From the NCBI GenBank assembly GCA_021158005.1, contig JAGGVN010000075.1:1-59575 (forward strand): a stretch of 59,575 nucleotides of DNA. The letters are read 5' to 3'. The translations under genes and the position numbers were made by a program. This DNA comes from Candidatus Aerophobota bacterium (GTDB lineage Bacteria > Aerophobota > Aerophobia > Aerophobales > JAGGVN01). The notes beneath the pieces are model-generated. The model saw only the letters and a program-made list of their open reading frames with translations. It did not search any database and was not told where the DNA came from. Below are positions 24,713 through 34,909 of the stretch, piece by piece. How positions within the stretch are numbered: the stretch's first letter is position 1; the number at the start of each line of letters is the position of its first letter.

Positions 24713-27700
24713 TCAAATATTTTGATGATATTCCTGAAGAGTCTTTACCGTAAGTTCCCCCTTCTTCATCGCTTTAATCCCGTTCACGGCAGCAAGAGCC
24801 CCCGAAATAGTAGTAATGATAGGTATGCGATGAATGACTGCCTGGCGTCTAATTTTGTATTCATCAAACTTTGGCCCTTTACCAACCGGAGTATTAAAAA
24901 TAAGTTGCACCTCTCCATTCTTGATATAATCCTCAATATGAGGACGCCCTTCAGCAATTTTTTTTACCCTCTTTACCTTAATTTTATTCTCTTTTAATAT
25001 CCGGTAAGTTCCCCGTGTAGCTATTAGATTAAAACCTAAATTTACTAACTGGCGGGCAATAGGAATAATAGAAGGTTTATCTTTATCAGCGACGCTAATA
25101 AATACTGTTCCCTTCAAAGGTAAAGAGAGTCCCGCTCCCATTTGAGCTTTGGCAAAAGCTATCCCAAAATTGTCTGAAACTCCCATTACCTCTCCTGTAG
25201 AACGCATCTCCGGTCCTAAAATTATATCTACCTCCGGAAATCTTATAAAAGGAAAGACTGCTTCTTTTACCGCAATATAAGGTATATTTTTCTCCTTAGT
25301 TATTCCTAAATCTTTCAATTTCTTTCCTATCATCACCTTAGCTGCTATTTTGGCTAATGACAAACCAGTAGCTTTTCCCACAAAAGGAACAGTACGGGAG
25401 GCCCGAGGATTTACTTCCAAAACATAAATCTCTCCGTTCCTTATAGCGTATTGAATATTTAGAAGTCCTATTACTTTTAACTCTTTAGATATAGAGTAAG
25501 TTTGCTCTTTTATCTTTTGAATTATACTTTTCGAAAGAGTATAAGGAGGAAGACTGCAAGCACTATCTCCGGAATGAATTCCTGCTTCTTCTATATGTTC
25601 CATAATCCCTCCAATTACACACCTCTCCCCATCAGAAATAGCATCAACATCCACCTCAATAGCTCCCTCTATGAATTTATCTATTAAAACGGGGTGTTCT
25701 GGAGAAACTTTTACGGCACTTAACATATAATGCTCCAGGGAAGATTCGTCATAAATAATCTCCATGGCCCTTCCTCCTAAAACATAGGAAGGTCTTACTA
25801 AAACAGGATAGCTAATTCTTCTGGCAATCTCTTTTGCTTCCGAGAAAGACCTTCCTGTCCCATAAGGAGCTTGATTTAAACAAAGTTTTTTAACTAAATA
25901 GGTAAATCTCTCTCTATCTTCAGCTCGGTCAATATCTTCAGGAGAAGTTCCCAAAATATTTATCCCTTCTCTTTTAAGAGGAAGAGCTAATCTCAAAGGA
26001 GTCTGTCCTCCTAACTGCACAATTACCCCCTCAGGTTTTTCCTTATCACAAATATTAAGAACATTCTCTAAGGTTAAAGGCTCAAAATAGAGTTTATCCG
26101 AAGTATCATAATCCGTACTTACGGTTTCCGGATTACAATTCACCATAATTACTTCCCAACCCTCTTCTTTCAAAGATAAAGCTGCCTGCACGCAACAATA
26201 ATCAAATTCTATCCCTTGTCCAATACGATTAGGCCCTCCGCCGAGAATTATAACCTTTCTTCTCCGGGAATAACGAACTTCATCTTCTACTTCATAAGTA
26301 GAGTAATAATAAGGAGTGTAAGCTTCAAATTCAGCGGCACAAGTATCCACTAATTTAAAGGTAGCCTCTATCTCTTTCTTTTTACGATATTTACGGATAT
26401 TTAACGGAGTTGTATCTAAAAGATAAGCTAATTGAACATCGGAAAAACCGTATTGCTTGGCTTTCCTCAACAAATCAGGAGGAATTTGTTTTTCACCATT
26501 CAAAGGAGAAAATTTCTTTATTTTCTCCTCCATTTCCCCTATTTCCTTGATATTATAGAGAAACCATTTATCTATCCCTGTAAGTTCATAAACCTCCTCT
26601 AATGGCATCCCTTTCTGAAAAGCATAACGAAGATAAAAAATTCTTTCTGGACAAGGAGTAATAAGCTTTTGTTTTATTTCTTCCAAAAAAGTATTCTTTA
26701 AGTCTATATCTTTCCCATCCGCTCCCAAACCAGATCTACCCTGTTCTAAAGAGTAAAGCCCTTTTTGGAGAGCTTCTTTAAAAGTTCTTCCGATTGCCAT
26801 TACTTCTCCTACAGATTTCATTTCCGTATTTAAAACAGTATTTACCCCCGGAAATTTTTCGAAATCCCAGCGAGGAATTTTCACCACACAATAATCAATA
26901 GTAGGCTCAAAACAAGCAGGAGTCTTCTTAGTAATATCATTAGGAATTTCATCCAGAGTATATCCCACGGCGAGTTTAGCCGCAATTTTAGCGATGGGAA
27001 ATCCTGTAGCCTTAGAAGCTAAAGCTGAAGAACGGGATACACGAGGATTCATTTCAATTACCATCATTTTTCCATTTTCAGGATTTACAGCAAACTGAAT
27101 ATTGGAACCCCCTGTTTCTACTCCAATTTTACGAATAATCTTAATAGCCGCATCTCTCATTCTTTGATATTCTTTATCAGTAAGAGTTTGTGCAGGGGCT
27201 ACTGTAATACTATCCCCTGTATGAACTCCCATAGGGTCAAAATTTTCTATGGAACAGACAATGACTACATTATCCTTTCTATCTCTCATAACCTCAAGTT
27301 CATATTCCTTCCATCCGATAACCGATTCCTCTACTAAAATTTCCGAAATAGGACTATATTCAATACCTCTGGCAGCTACTCTTTTTAACTCTTCTACATT
27401 ATAGGCTATTCCTCCTCCTGTTCCTCCTAAGGTATAAGAAGGACGAATAATAAGGGGATAACCTACTTCTTTAGCAAAATCTATGGCTGACTCTACATCG
27501 TTAAGATATACACTCCGGGGAGTAGAAAGATTTATTTCTTCCATAGCCTTTTTAAAGAGTTGCCTATCTTCTGCTCTCTCTATGGCCTCAAATTTAGCCC
27601 CAATGAGTTCTACTCCGTATTTCTCTAATATCCCTCTTCGAAAAAGCTCAGCCGCAATATTTAACCCCACCTGCCCCCCTAAAGTAGGAAGAAGAACATC

Positions 27701-27949
27701 GGGTTTTTCCCGTATAATTATCTTCTCTACCACCTCAGGGGTAACCGGTTCAACGTATGTTCTATCAGCCATCTCCGGATCAGTCATAATAGTTGCCGGG
27801 TTACTATTCACAAGAATAACCTGATAACCTTCTTCTTTAAGAGATTTACAAGCCTGAGAACCGGAATAATCAAATTCACACGCCTGTCCAATAATTATTG
27901 GGCCAGAGCCAATAATTAACATTTTCTTAATATCGCTACGCTTCGGCAT
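24713..27949 (-). CDS. carB: Carbamoyl-phosphate synthase large subunit
   Basis: 1078 aa with duplicated ATP-grasp halves ([19 protein letters not shown] and [19 protein letters not shown]) and a C-terminal MGS-like allosteric domain. Confidence 0.97.
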   Translation of the reverse strand: MPKRSDIKKMLIIGSGPIIIGQACEFDYSGSQACKSLKEEGYQVILVNSNPATIMTDPEMADRTYVEPVTPEVVEKIIIREKPDVLLPTLGGQVGLNIAAELFRRGILEKYGVELIGAKFEAIERAEDRQLFKKAMEEINLSTPRSVYLNDVESAIDFAKEVGYPLIIRPSYTLGGTGGGIAYNVEELKRVAARGIEYSPISEILVEESVIGWKEYELEVMRDRKDNVVIVCSIENFDPMGVHTGDSITVAPAQTLTDKEYQRMRDAAIKIIRKIGVETGGSNIQFAVNPENGKMMVIEMNPRVSRSSALASKATGFPIAKIAAKLAVGYTLDEIPNDITKKTPACFEPTIDYCVVKIPRWDFEKFPGVNTVLNTEMKSVGEVMAIGRTFKEALQKGLYSLEQGRSGLGADGKDIDLKNTFLEEIKQKLITPCPERIFYLRYAFQKGMPLEEVYELTGIDKWFLYNIKEIGEMEEKIKKFSPLNGEKQIPPDLLRKAKQYGFSDVQLAYLLDTTPLNIRKYRKKKEIEATFKLVDTCAAEFEAYTPYYYSTYEVEDEVRYSRRRKVIILGGGPNRIGQGIEFDYCCVQAALSLKEEGWEVIMVNCNPETVSTDYDTSDKLYFEPLTLENVLNICDKEKPEGVIVQLGGQTPLRLALPLKREGINILGTSPEDIDRAEDRERFTYLVKKLCLNQAPYGTGRSFSEAKEIARRISYPVLVRPSYVLGGRAMEIIYDESSLEHYMLSAVKVSPEHPVLIDKFIEGAIEVDVDAISDGERCVIGGIMEHIEEAGIHSGDSACSLPPYTLSKSIIQKIKEQTYSISKELKVIGLLNIQYAIRNGEIYVLEVNPRASRTVPFVGKATGLSLAKIAAKVMIGKKLKDLGITKEKNIPYIAVKEAVFPFIRFPEVDIILGPEMRSTGEVMGVSDNFGIAFAKAQMGAGLSLPLKGTVFISVADKDKPSIIPIARQLVNLGFNLIATRGTYRILKENKIKVKRVKKIAEGRPHIEDYIKNGEVQLIFNTPVGKGPKFDEYKIRRQAVIHRIPIITTISGALAAVNGIKAMKKGELTVKTLQEYHQNI

Positions 27950-29071
27950 TTAATTATTCTCCATCATCTCCACAAACTTACGGAATAGATAACGAGAATC
28001 ATGGGGACCGGGTGAACTCTCTGGATGATATTGAACTGAAAAAACTGAAAACTTCTCACTTTCCATTCCTTCTAAGGTCCCATCGTTAAGGTTAATATGG
28101 GTGGGAATTAAATCCGGTAATTTATCTAACTTCACACAAAATCCATGATTTTGAGCTGTAATTTCTACTTTTCCTGTTTTCAGATTCTTTACCGGTTGAT
28201 TTCCTCCCCGATGCCCAAATTTTAACTTATAAGTCTTGAGTCCCAAAGCTCTTCCTAATATCTGATGGCCAAAACATATCCCGAAAATAGGTTTTTTACC
28301 TAATAATTTTTTAATCTCCCTCGTAGCGTAGGGAACTCCTGCAGGATCCCCGGGGCCGTTAGAGAGAAGAATACCATCAGGATTAAGCTCAAGAATTTCT
28401 TCCGCCTTAGTAAAAGCAGGAACTACAGTTATATAACATCCCTCCTGGGTAAGTGCTCTCAAAATATTGTGTTTTATTCCAAAATCAATAGCTACCACAT
28501 AATAAATAGGTTTTTTCCTGACTTTTTCTTCCCAGATGTATTTTTCCTTACAGGTAACTTCCTTTACTAAATCCCTTCCTATCAGACCCGGAGAAGCCTT
28601 TGCTTTTTCTACAAGATTTTGAGGATTTAAATCTTCAGTAGAAATAACTCCTTTCATTGCTCCCCTTTCTCGAATATGCTTGGTTAGAGCTCGGGTATCT
28701 ATTCCTTCCACACCTAAAATATTATACTTATTAAGAAAATCTTTTAAACTACCTTTTGATCGCCAGTTACTGGGAAATTGGCTATATTCCCTTACTATGA
28801 ACCCTTCTACCCAGGGATGAAGAGATTCATAATCTTCTTCATTTACTCCATAATTACCTATGAGAGGATAAGTCATAGCAACAATTTGACCTTTATAAGA
28901 AGGATCAGTCAAAATTTCTTCATATCCATACATACTAGTATTAAAAACTACTTCCCCGCTAATTTCACCATGACCGGCAAAACTCTCTCCTTCCAGAACA
29001 AAACCATCTTCTAAGGCTAAAATTGCTTTCATCTTTTTCTCTTTGGCTACTTCTGAGGACTTATTCATCAA
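27950..29071 (-). CDS. carA: Carbamoyl-phosphate synthase small (glutaminase) subunit
   Basis: ALEDG...GESFG-type N-domain. Class I GATase triad context GICFGHQ and VQYHPES. The true start is probably the internal [10 protein letters not shown] (about 29032). Confidence 0.95.
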   Translation of the reverse strand: MMNKSSEVAKEKKMKAILALEDGFVLEGESFAGHGEISGEVVFNTSMYGYEEILTDPSYKGQIVAMTYPLIGNYGVNEEDYESLHPWVEGFIVREYSQFPSNWRSKGSLKDFLNKYNILGVEGIDTRALTKHIRERGAMKGVISTEDLNPQNLVEKAKASPGLIGRDLVKEVTCKEKYIWEEKVRKKPIYYVVAIDFGIKHNILRALTQEGCYITVVPAFTKAEEILELNPDGILLSNGPGDPAGVPYATREIKKLLGKKPIFGICFGHQILGRALGLKTYKLKFGHRGGNQPVKNLKTGKVEITAQNHGFCVKLDKLPDLIPTHINLNDGTLEGMESEKFSVFSVQYHPESSPGPHDSRYLFRKFVEMMENN

Positions 29072-29088
29072 CTTATTATACTGATGTT

Positions 29089-30390
29089 TTATTTATGCTG
29101 CTTTCTACAAGAATTAGGATTACGATAAACTATCTTTCCTTCAAAGATAGTATACTCTACCACTCCCGGAAGACGCCACCCTATGAAAGGAGAATTACTA
29201 CTTCGGGACAAAAAATTTTCTTTTCTTACTACCCAGCTCTTATTTAAATCAAATATAACGAGATTTGCTTTAGTCCCCTCTTTTATCCTTCCTCTATCTA
29301 TTTTAAGAATACGAGCCGGGTTTATAGTTAACTTTGCCAGAGCCTGGGTTAAAGAAAGAATATTTTTTTCTACCAATTCTCTAATTACTAAACTTAAAGC
29401 TGTCTCCAGGCCTATTATTCCAAAGGGAGCTTTTACATAATCCCTGCTTTTCTCCTCTGGAGAGTGAGGAGCATGATCGGTAGCAATAACTTCGATAGTC
29501 CCATCCCTTAATCCCTGTTTTAAAACTCTCAGATCCTCTTCTCTTCGAAGAGGAGGATTTATCTTGGTATTGGTGTCGAAGCTGGTAACCTCTTTTTCTG
29601 TAAGAGTAAAATGATGAGGAGTTACTTCCGCACTCACTTTTATCCCCTTTTCTTTAGCTTCCTTAACCAGCCTTACCGAACCTGCACAAGAAAGATGAGC
29701 TATATGCAGAGGGGATCCTGTCATTTTACTTAAAGTTATATCTCTGAAAATAGCTATCTCTTCTGCTTCCTTGGGCATACCTCTTAAACCCAGAATAGTA
29801 GAAAAATATCCTTCATTCATTACTCCATCCTGAGTTAACGTTTTATCCTCGCAATGGGAAATAAGAGGTAGGTTGAACATTTTTGCGTATTCCAGAGCTC
29901 TTCGCATAAGATGAGTATTTTGCACCCAATTTCCATCATCAGAAAAAGCTACCACTCCTGCTTTCCACATTTTACCCATTTCTGATAATTCCTTCCCCTC
30001 TCTTCTCTTGCTGATTGCTCCTATTGGTAAAACTTCTATTACTCCCTTCCTTTTCCCTCTCTCATAAATAAACTTTGCTACCAGAGGGTCATCAATAGGA
30101 GGATTGGTATTAGGCATACAACAGATGGTAGTAAATCCTCCTCGAATAGCAGCATAGGTCCCGCTTTGAATAGTCTCCTCATCTTCTCTGCCAGGTTCTC
30201 TTAAATGAGTATGCATATCAATAAGTCCAGGAGAAACTATTTTCCCTGAAACTTCCAGAACCTGGTCTGCAGAAAAATTAATCTCTTTTGCTATTTTTTT
30301 TATTTTTTCCCCTTCCAGAAGGATATCCATTATTTCGTCAGTATTCGTAGCCGGGTCTATTACCCTTCCTCCTTTTATCAAAAGAGACAT
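29089..30390 (-). CDS. pyrC: Dihydroorotase
   Basis: [20 protein letters not shown], and cyclic amidohydrolase architecture within a pyr operon. Confidence 0.95.
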   Translation of the reverse strand: MSLLIKGGRVIDPATNTDEIMDILLEGEKIKKIAKEINFSADQVLEVSGKIVSPGLIDMHTHLREPGREDEETIQSGTYAAIRGGFTTICCMPNTNPPIDDPLVAKFIYERGKRKGVIEVLPIGAISKRREGKELSEMGKMWKAGVVAFSDDGNWVQNTHLMRRALEYAKMFNLPLISHCEDKTLTQDGVMNEGYFSTILGLRGMPKEAEEIAIFRDITLSKMTGSPLHIAHLSCAGSVRLVKEAKEKGIKVSAEVTPHHFTLTEKEVTSFDTNTKINPPLRREEDLRVLKQGLRDGTIEVIATDHAPHSPEEKSRDYVKAPFGIIGLETALSLVIRELVEKNILSLTQALAKLTINPARILKIDRGRIKEGTKANLVIFDLNKSWVVRKENFLSRSSNSPFIGWRLPGVVEYTIFEGKIVYRNPNSCRKQHK

Positions 30391-30391
30391 T

Positions 30392-31315
30392 TTATCTTCT
30401 TCTCCCCAGTAATAAATACAATATAGCCATCCTTATAATTATCCCATTAGTTACCTGCCCTAAAATAACATTTCTTCTATTTTCCCTTATCTTAAAAGGT
30501 AATTCCACTCCCCAATTTACCGGACCAGGATGCATAATAAGAGCATCTTCCTTGGCAAGCTTTAATTTTTCCTCACTTAGAGAAAAAAAATCTCGGTATT
30601 CATTAATAGAAGGAAAAAGCCCCTTAGTCTGCCGTTCTCTTTGCAACCTTAACATCATTATTACATCCACCCCTTGGAGAGCTTCTTCTAAGGAAAAATA
30701 TGACTTCACCCCCATTTGCTCTATCATAGGGGGGATAAGAGTGGGAGGGCCACAAACTCTTACTTTAGCTCTTAGCTTGGTTAACCCCCAAATATTAGAT
30801 CGAGCCACCCTTGAGTGAGCAATATCTCCTACAATAAGAACTCTTAAATCCTCTATCTTTCCCTTCGCTTCTCTAATGGTATATAAATCTAAAAGAGCCT
30901 GGGTAGGATGCTCATGAGCACCATCGCCAGCATTAATTATAGATACAGGGATCTCTTTTGCTAAAAAGTGAGGAGTTCCCGGAGTAGAATGTCGGAGAAC
31001 AAAACAATCGACTCTCATTGCCAGAATATTTTTAATTGTATCTCGTAAACTCTCTCCTTTAAGAACACTACTATTAGAAGGGGAGAAATTTAAGACATCG
31101 ATATTAAGTCTTTTTTCTGCCAATTCAAAAGACATTCTTGTTCGAGTGCTTGCCTCAAAAAAAAGATTTACCACTGTCTTTCCTCGCAAAATAGGAACTT
31201 TTTTTATTCTTCTATTTAGAATTCCTTCAAAAGACTTTGCTGTATCGAGGATAAAAAAAATTTCATCCCTTGTAAGGTCTTCTAAACCTAATAAATCCTT
31301 CCTTTTAAAGTCCAT
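30392..31315 (-). CDS. pyrB: Aspartate carbamoyltransferase catalytic subunit
   Basis: FFEASTRTR, HPTQALLD and HPGP motifs. Overlaps pyrR by 11 nt. Confidence 0.95.
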   Translation of the reverse strand: MDFKRKDLLGLEDLTRDEIFFILDTAKSFEGILNRRIKKVPILRGKTVVNLFFEASTRTRMSFELAEKRLNIDVLNFSPSNSSVLKGESLRDTIKNILAMRVDCFVLRHSTPGTPHFLAKEIPVSIINAGDGAHEHPTQALLDLYTIREAKGKIEDLRVLIVGDIAHSRVARSNIWGLTKLRAKVRVCGPPTLIPPMIEQMGVKSYFSLEEALQGVDVIMMLRLQRERQTKGLFPSINEYRDFFSLSEEKLKLAKEDALIMHPGPVNWGVELPFKIRENRRNVILGQVTNGIIIRMAILYLLLGRRR

Positions 31316-31847
31316 TTTTTCCTTTTTTTATGATAATTACTTCATCCCTGCTATCTATCTCTTTCACTTTTACTTCTACCATCTCTTCTAAGGAAGTAGG
31401 TATATTTTTCCCTACATAATTAGGAAAGATAGGCAATTCCCGATGACCTCTATCAACTAAGATTAGCAATTCTATTTTCCGAGGACGCCCAAAGTCGAGT
31501 AGAGCTTCCAGAGCAGCCCGCGCGGTTCTTCCTGTGTAAAGAACATCATCTACTAAAATAACTTTCTTATCATCAATAGGAATTAAAATGTTAGTATCTC
31601 TTACCACAGGATGATAACCTATCCGGGTAAGGTCATCTCGATAAAAAGTTATATCTAAGCTTCCCGTAGGAACCTCCTTCCCTTTTATTTCTTTTATTAG
31701 CTTACTAATTCTCTCTGCCAGAGGAGCTCCCCGACGTTGAATACCTATAAGAATAAGATCCTCAGTTTGCTTATTTTTCTCCAATATTTCATGAGCCAAT
31801 CGTAAGAGGATACGAACCATTTCTCTCTCATCCATCAATTTAGCCAT
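31305..31847 (-). CDS. pyrR: Bifunctional pyrimidine operon regulator / uracil phosphoribosyltransferase PyrR
   Basis: LIGIQRRGAPLAERI and the PRPP motif VILVDDVLYTGRTARAAL. First gene of the pyr operon, behind an attenuator leader. Confidence 0.95.
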   Translation of the reverse strand: MAKLMDEREMVRILLRLAHEILEKNKQTEDLILIGIQRRGAPLAERISKLIKEIKGKEVPTGSLDITFYRDDLTRIGYHPVVRDTNILIPIDDKKVILVDDVLYTGRTARAALEALLDFGRPRKIELLILVDRGHRELPIFPNYVGKNIPTSLEEMVEVKVKEIDSRDEVIIIKKGKNGL

Positions 31848-31861
31848 TTTTTATTTCCTAT

Positions 31862-31895
31862 AAAAAAAAGCTCTTCTTGTTAACAAGAAGAGCTT
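31862..31895 (-). terminator. Intrinsic terminator (attenuator) in the pyr operon leader
   Basis: Minus strand: AAGCTCTTCTTG-TTAA-CAAGAAGAGCTT followed by TTTTTTTT. Ends ~15 nt before the pyrR ATG. Confidence 0.7.
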
Positions 31896-31930
31896 CCCTT
31901 TTAAAAACAGTATAATTAACATTCTCTCTC

Positions 31931-31961
31931 CCTTTCCAGCCTCACCGGGCTGGTTTAAAGG
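31931..31961 (-). promoter_or_regulatory. PyrR-binding (anti-antiterminator) hairpin
   Basis: Minus strand: CCUUUAAACCAGCCCGGUGAGGCUGGAAAGG. The outer stem CCUUU/AAAGG and inner stem CCAGCC/GGCUGG, with a GAGGCU-containing loop, resemble the PyrR binding-loop consensus (..CCAGAGAGGCU..). Confidence 0.6.
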
Positions 31962-31979
31962 TAAAACAATTATCTAAAA

Positions 31980-32010
31980 ATTATATTAACATAAAACTAA
32001 ACTTTGTCAA
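31980..32010 (-). promoter_or_regulatory. Sigma70-like promoter of the pyr operon
   Basis: Minus strand: TTGACA (32010..32005), then TATAAT (31985..31980). The 19-nt spacer is longer than optimal. Confidence 0.4.
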
Positions 32011-32038
32011 ATCTGCGACCCCTTAAGAGTTATTACTA

Positions 32039-32446
32039 TTAGATTTTAGAAGTGTTTGAAGTGGAGGACTCTATCCTCCCCTGGAGATATTTTATTCTCT
32101 CTTCTATCTCTCTTTTTCTATCCACTTCGAAATTATGCTTGGTAATAAAGGAAAAAGCTTCTAAATAATAGTCAATTGCCTTGTAAGGATTCTTTTCCTC
32201 TTCCGCTTTTTCTAAAATTCTATCAAGTTGTTTAGCTTTATTAAACTTCTCCATTTCTCTCTCCAATCTTCTAATTTTAATCTTTGTGGTTTTTCTTTGA
32301 ACATCATTCAAAAACTCCATTATTTCCTTCTTAAAGATTTCTACCTTTTTTTCTATTTCATTGCGGGGCATATGTCTCTTTTTCTCACTCCTTAAAAAAA
32401 GGAAAACAATAAATAATCCCATAATTATCAAAGCAAGTTGTAGCAT
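32039..32446 (-). CDS. Hypothetical membrane-anchored helical protein (135 aa)
   Basis: N-terminal TM helix (LQLALIIMGLFIVFLFL), followed by a K/E-rich helical region. Confidence 0.45.
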   Translation of the reverse strand: MLQLALIIMGLFIVFLFLRSEKKRHMPRNEIEKKVEIFKKEIMEFLNDVQRKTTKIKIRRLEREMEKFNKAKQLDRILEKAEEEKNPYKAIDYYLEAFSFITKHNFEVDRKREIEERIKYLQGRIESSTSNTSKI

Positions 32447-32472
32447 TTCATCTTTCCTCCTCTTTAAAAATA

Positions 32473-33246
32473 TTATACTAATAGTTCTTTTAGGACTTGC
32501 GGATAGTCAGTAGTTAATACTTCTGCCCCCATTTCTATAAACTTCTTCATTTTCTTTCTTTCGTTAACTGTCCACACACCCACCATTCTTCCATGAGAGT
32601 GCGTCACTTTAACTATCTCCTCATTGATAAACTTCTGTTCCATATCTACTATCTCAGCATAACAACCCAAAACTCTTTCTAAGAAATTAGAGGATGTACC
32701 CCGGGTATTACCAACAATAATTCCTGTAGATATTAAAGGATCTATTTCCTTCACTTTCTTAAGGCTTTGAGGATTAAAAGAAATGAGAACTACATTATTT
32801 ATAACTCCCTCTCTCTCCAGTAATTTTATTATTTCTTCTTCTCCTCCTTCTTCCTTCATTTCTATCCATAGTGTCGTTTTATTTTTTATAAGGTCAATAA
32901 CTTCTTTTAACAGGGGAATCCTCTCCTGGGTTAACCTTCCAGATTTCCTCTCAATGATACTCAACTTTTTGATCTGTTTTAAAGTCAATTCACTAACTCT
33001 TCCTTTTCCATTAGTAGTCCGATCAACAGAAGCATCATGAATAATCACTATTTCTTTATCCTTAGTGAATCTTACATCTAATTCTATTCCATCTACTCCT
33101 ATCTCCAACGCTTTTCTAAAAGAACTCAAAGTATTCTCTGGATATAAACTGGAACATCCACGGTGAGCAATATTAAGAATTTCTGCCTTTACCTTCTCCA
33201 TTTCACTTACTATAAACATAATACTCCCTTCGAGAAATAAAGTCAC
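32473..33246 (-). CDS. Glycerophosphodiester phosphodiesterase family protein
   Basis: IAHRG...PENTLSSFRKALEIGVDGIELDVRFTKD...IIHDASVDRTTNG is the canonical GDPD motif set. Confidence 0.85.
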   Translation of the reverse strand: MTLFLEGSIMFIVSEMEKVKAEILNIAHRGCSSLYPENTLSSFRKALEIGVDGIELDVRFTKDKEIVIIHDASVDRTTNGKGRVSELTLKQIKKLSIIERKSGRLTQERIPLLKEVIDLIKNKTTLWIEMKEEGGEEEIIKLLEREGVINNVVLISFNPQSLKKVKEIDPLISTGIIVGNTRGTSSNFLERVLGCYAEIVDMEQKFINEEIVKVTHSHGRMVGVWTVNERKKMKKFIEMGAEVLTTDYPQVLKELLV

Positions 33247-33324
33247 GAAAACCCAACCCTTTTCGCGTATAATAAATCTTCTCTATATACCATTTTAGAC
33301 TCTAATTCCTGACTATTGAGAAAA

Positions 33325-33585
33325 CTAAGGACCTTCCTGACGATTATACTCTTCGAGAATTTTTTCTTGAATCATTCCCCTCAATTCTTGATTAAGAGGA
33401 TAAGCAATATCAATAAATTTACCACTGGGAAGTTTTCGAGAGGGCATAGCTACAAAAGGTCCGTCCTTGCCTTCAATAACTTTAAATCCGTGAAGACGTA
33501 ACGCATTATCAAAAGTCACTGTGGCCCAGGCTTTAAACTTATCTTTTCCCTCCACTTTTCTTACTCTCACTTCTGAAATATTCAA
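33325..33585 (-). CDS. spoVG: Septation protein SpoVG
   Basis: NISEVRVRKVEGKDKFKAWATVTFDNALRLHGFKVIEGKDGPFVAMPSRK. The TTG start overlaps the ispE TGA (ATTGA). Confidence 0.9.
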   Translation of the reverse strand: MNISEVRVRKVEGKDKFKAWATVTFDNALRLHGFKVIEGKDGPFVAMPSRKLPSGKFIDIAYPLNQELRGMIQEKILEEYNRQEGP

Positions 33586-34457
33586 TCTCCTTCCTCCTCC
33601 TTAAAACTTTTATCAACGGTTTGGACTAAAAAAATTTCTCCTCTTTCTTGAAATTTACTCTTAATCCTCTCACCATCTCTTTTATCCTCAATGATACCAA
33701 AAACAGTAGATCCACTCCCCGTCATTAAAGATCCCCTTGCTCCTGCTTTCAATAATTCTTCTTTAATCATCTTTACCGAAGGAAATTCTCTAAAGACTAT
33801 CTCCTCTAATCCATTATATAAAAATGTTTCTGTCCCGATTAATCCCTTTTTCTTAGTCTCCTTTACGAATAAATCAATATTTAATCTCTTTCTTGGAGAA
33901 CTTGAAAAAGAAGTTGCTTTTTTATATACCCAGCAAGTAGAGATCGGAATCTTAGGATAAAGAAGAATTAACCACCCTCTTTTAATGGAAGGAAGGGGAA
34001 TAAGTATCTCTCCCTTTCCTTTTACAAGATAGGTCCCCCCTCTTAAACAGAAGGGAACATCTGCTCCCAATACTTCCCCCCATTTTAAAAGTTCAGATAA
34101 AGAAACCTTTGTCTCAAATAACTTGTTCATTCCCCAAAGGGTAGCGGCAGCATCAGCACTCCCTCCCCCTAATCCTGCTTGAAGAGGAATAGATTTTTGA
34201 ATCTCTAATATTATCCCTTCCTTTATACCTGTCTTCCGCAAAAAAAGTTCTGCCGCCCGATAACAAATATTTTTCTCTCCTTGAGGAACTCCCAATTGGT
34301 TAGAAAAGACTCTAATTTTTTTCTTCTCTCTCTTTAAAATAATTCTATCATAAAGAGTTACTGATTGGATAATAGATTCAATTTCATGATATCCGTCTTT
34401 ACGGCTTCCTAACACATTTAAATAAAGATTAACCTTAGCCGCGGCTTTTAAAATCAA
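33582..34457 (-). CDS. ispE: 4-diphosphocytidyl-2-C-methyl-D-erythritol kinase
   Basis: AKVNLYLNV, the GHMP kinase motif IPLQAGLGGGSADAAA, and MTGSGSTVFG. Uses a TTG start. Confidence 0.9.
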   Translation of the reverse strand: MILKAAAKVNLYLNVLGSRKDGYHEIESIIQSVTLYDRIILKREKKKIRVFSNQLGVPQGEKNICYRAAELFLRKTGIKEGIILEIQKSIPLQAGLGGGSADAAATLWGMNKLFETKVSLSELLKWGEVLGADVPFCLRGGTYLVKGKGEILIPLPSIKRGWLILLYPKIPISTCWVYKKATSFSSSPRKRLNIDLFVKETKKKGLIGTETFLYNGLEEIVFREFPSVKMIKEELLKAGARGSLMTGSGSTVFGIIEDKRDGERIKSKFQERGEIFLVQTVDKSFKEEEGD

Positions 34458-34483
34458 CTCTTCTCCCTTTATCTTTTCTACTC

Positions 34484-34891
34484 CTAAAACGAAATTTCTA
34501 TTGCTCTATAGGGACAGGCAAGAATACATAGACCGCAGGCTATACATTTATCCTTTTCAAAAGAAACTTTCATCTCTTTTCGTTCCACTGATAAGGCTCC
34601 GGTAGGACAAATAGACAAGCAAGCAGTGCAATGAGTGCATTTTTCTTCAAGCCATCGTATATCTTTAACCAATGGCTGAATACTTACTCCCAGTCTTTTA
34701 AGATAATCCATTCCTTCGTCTAAGGATTTCTTATCCCCGCTTATCTCTACCATTAGTCTACCTTCTTCTTCAGGATTAATCTTCGCCCGGAGGATATTCA
34801 CCACCAGATTATAATCTCTAATAAGATGGTAAGTTATAGGTTGATCAATTAATTGGTAAGGAAAAGTTAAGACTACCCGCCTTTTTTCCAT
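34484..34891 (-). CDS. NIL-domain / 2x[4Fe-4S] ferredoxin protein (COG2122-type), partner of the DUF39 homocysteine-synthesis protein
   Basis: The N-terminal NIL-like domain has no recognisable motif that I can quote. Two cluster motifs: CTHCTACLSICP and CIACGLCILACP. Confidence 0.8.
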   Translation of the reverse strand: MEKRRVVLTFPYQLIDQPITYHLIRDYNLVVNILRAKINPEEEGRLMVEISGDKKSLDEGMDYLKRLGVSIQPLVKDIRWLEEKCTHCTACLSICPTGALSVERKEMKVSFEKDKCIACGLCILACPYRAIEISF

Positions 34892-34909
34892 TTTTCCCTT
34901 AAACCCCTC

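Noticed and set aside
24695-27824. Plus-strand ORFs inside carB (24695-24997, 25502-25687, 27483-27824), and similar antisense ORFs inside asd, pyrB, pyrC, recG, gspK-like and other genes
   Set aside because: All lie antisense to strongly supported conserved genes and have low-complexity or hydrophobic translations with no motifs. These are typical shadow ORFs of an AT-rich genome.
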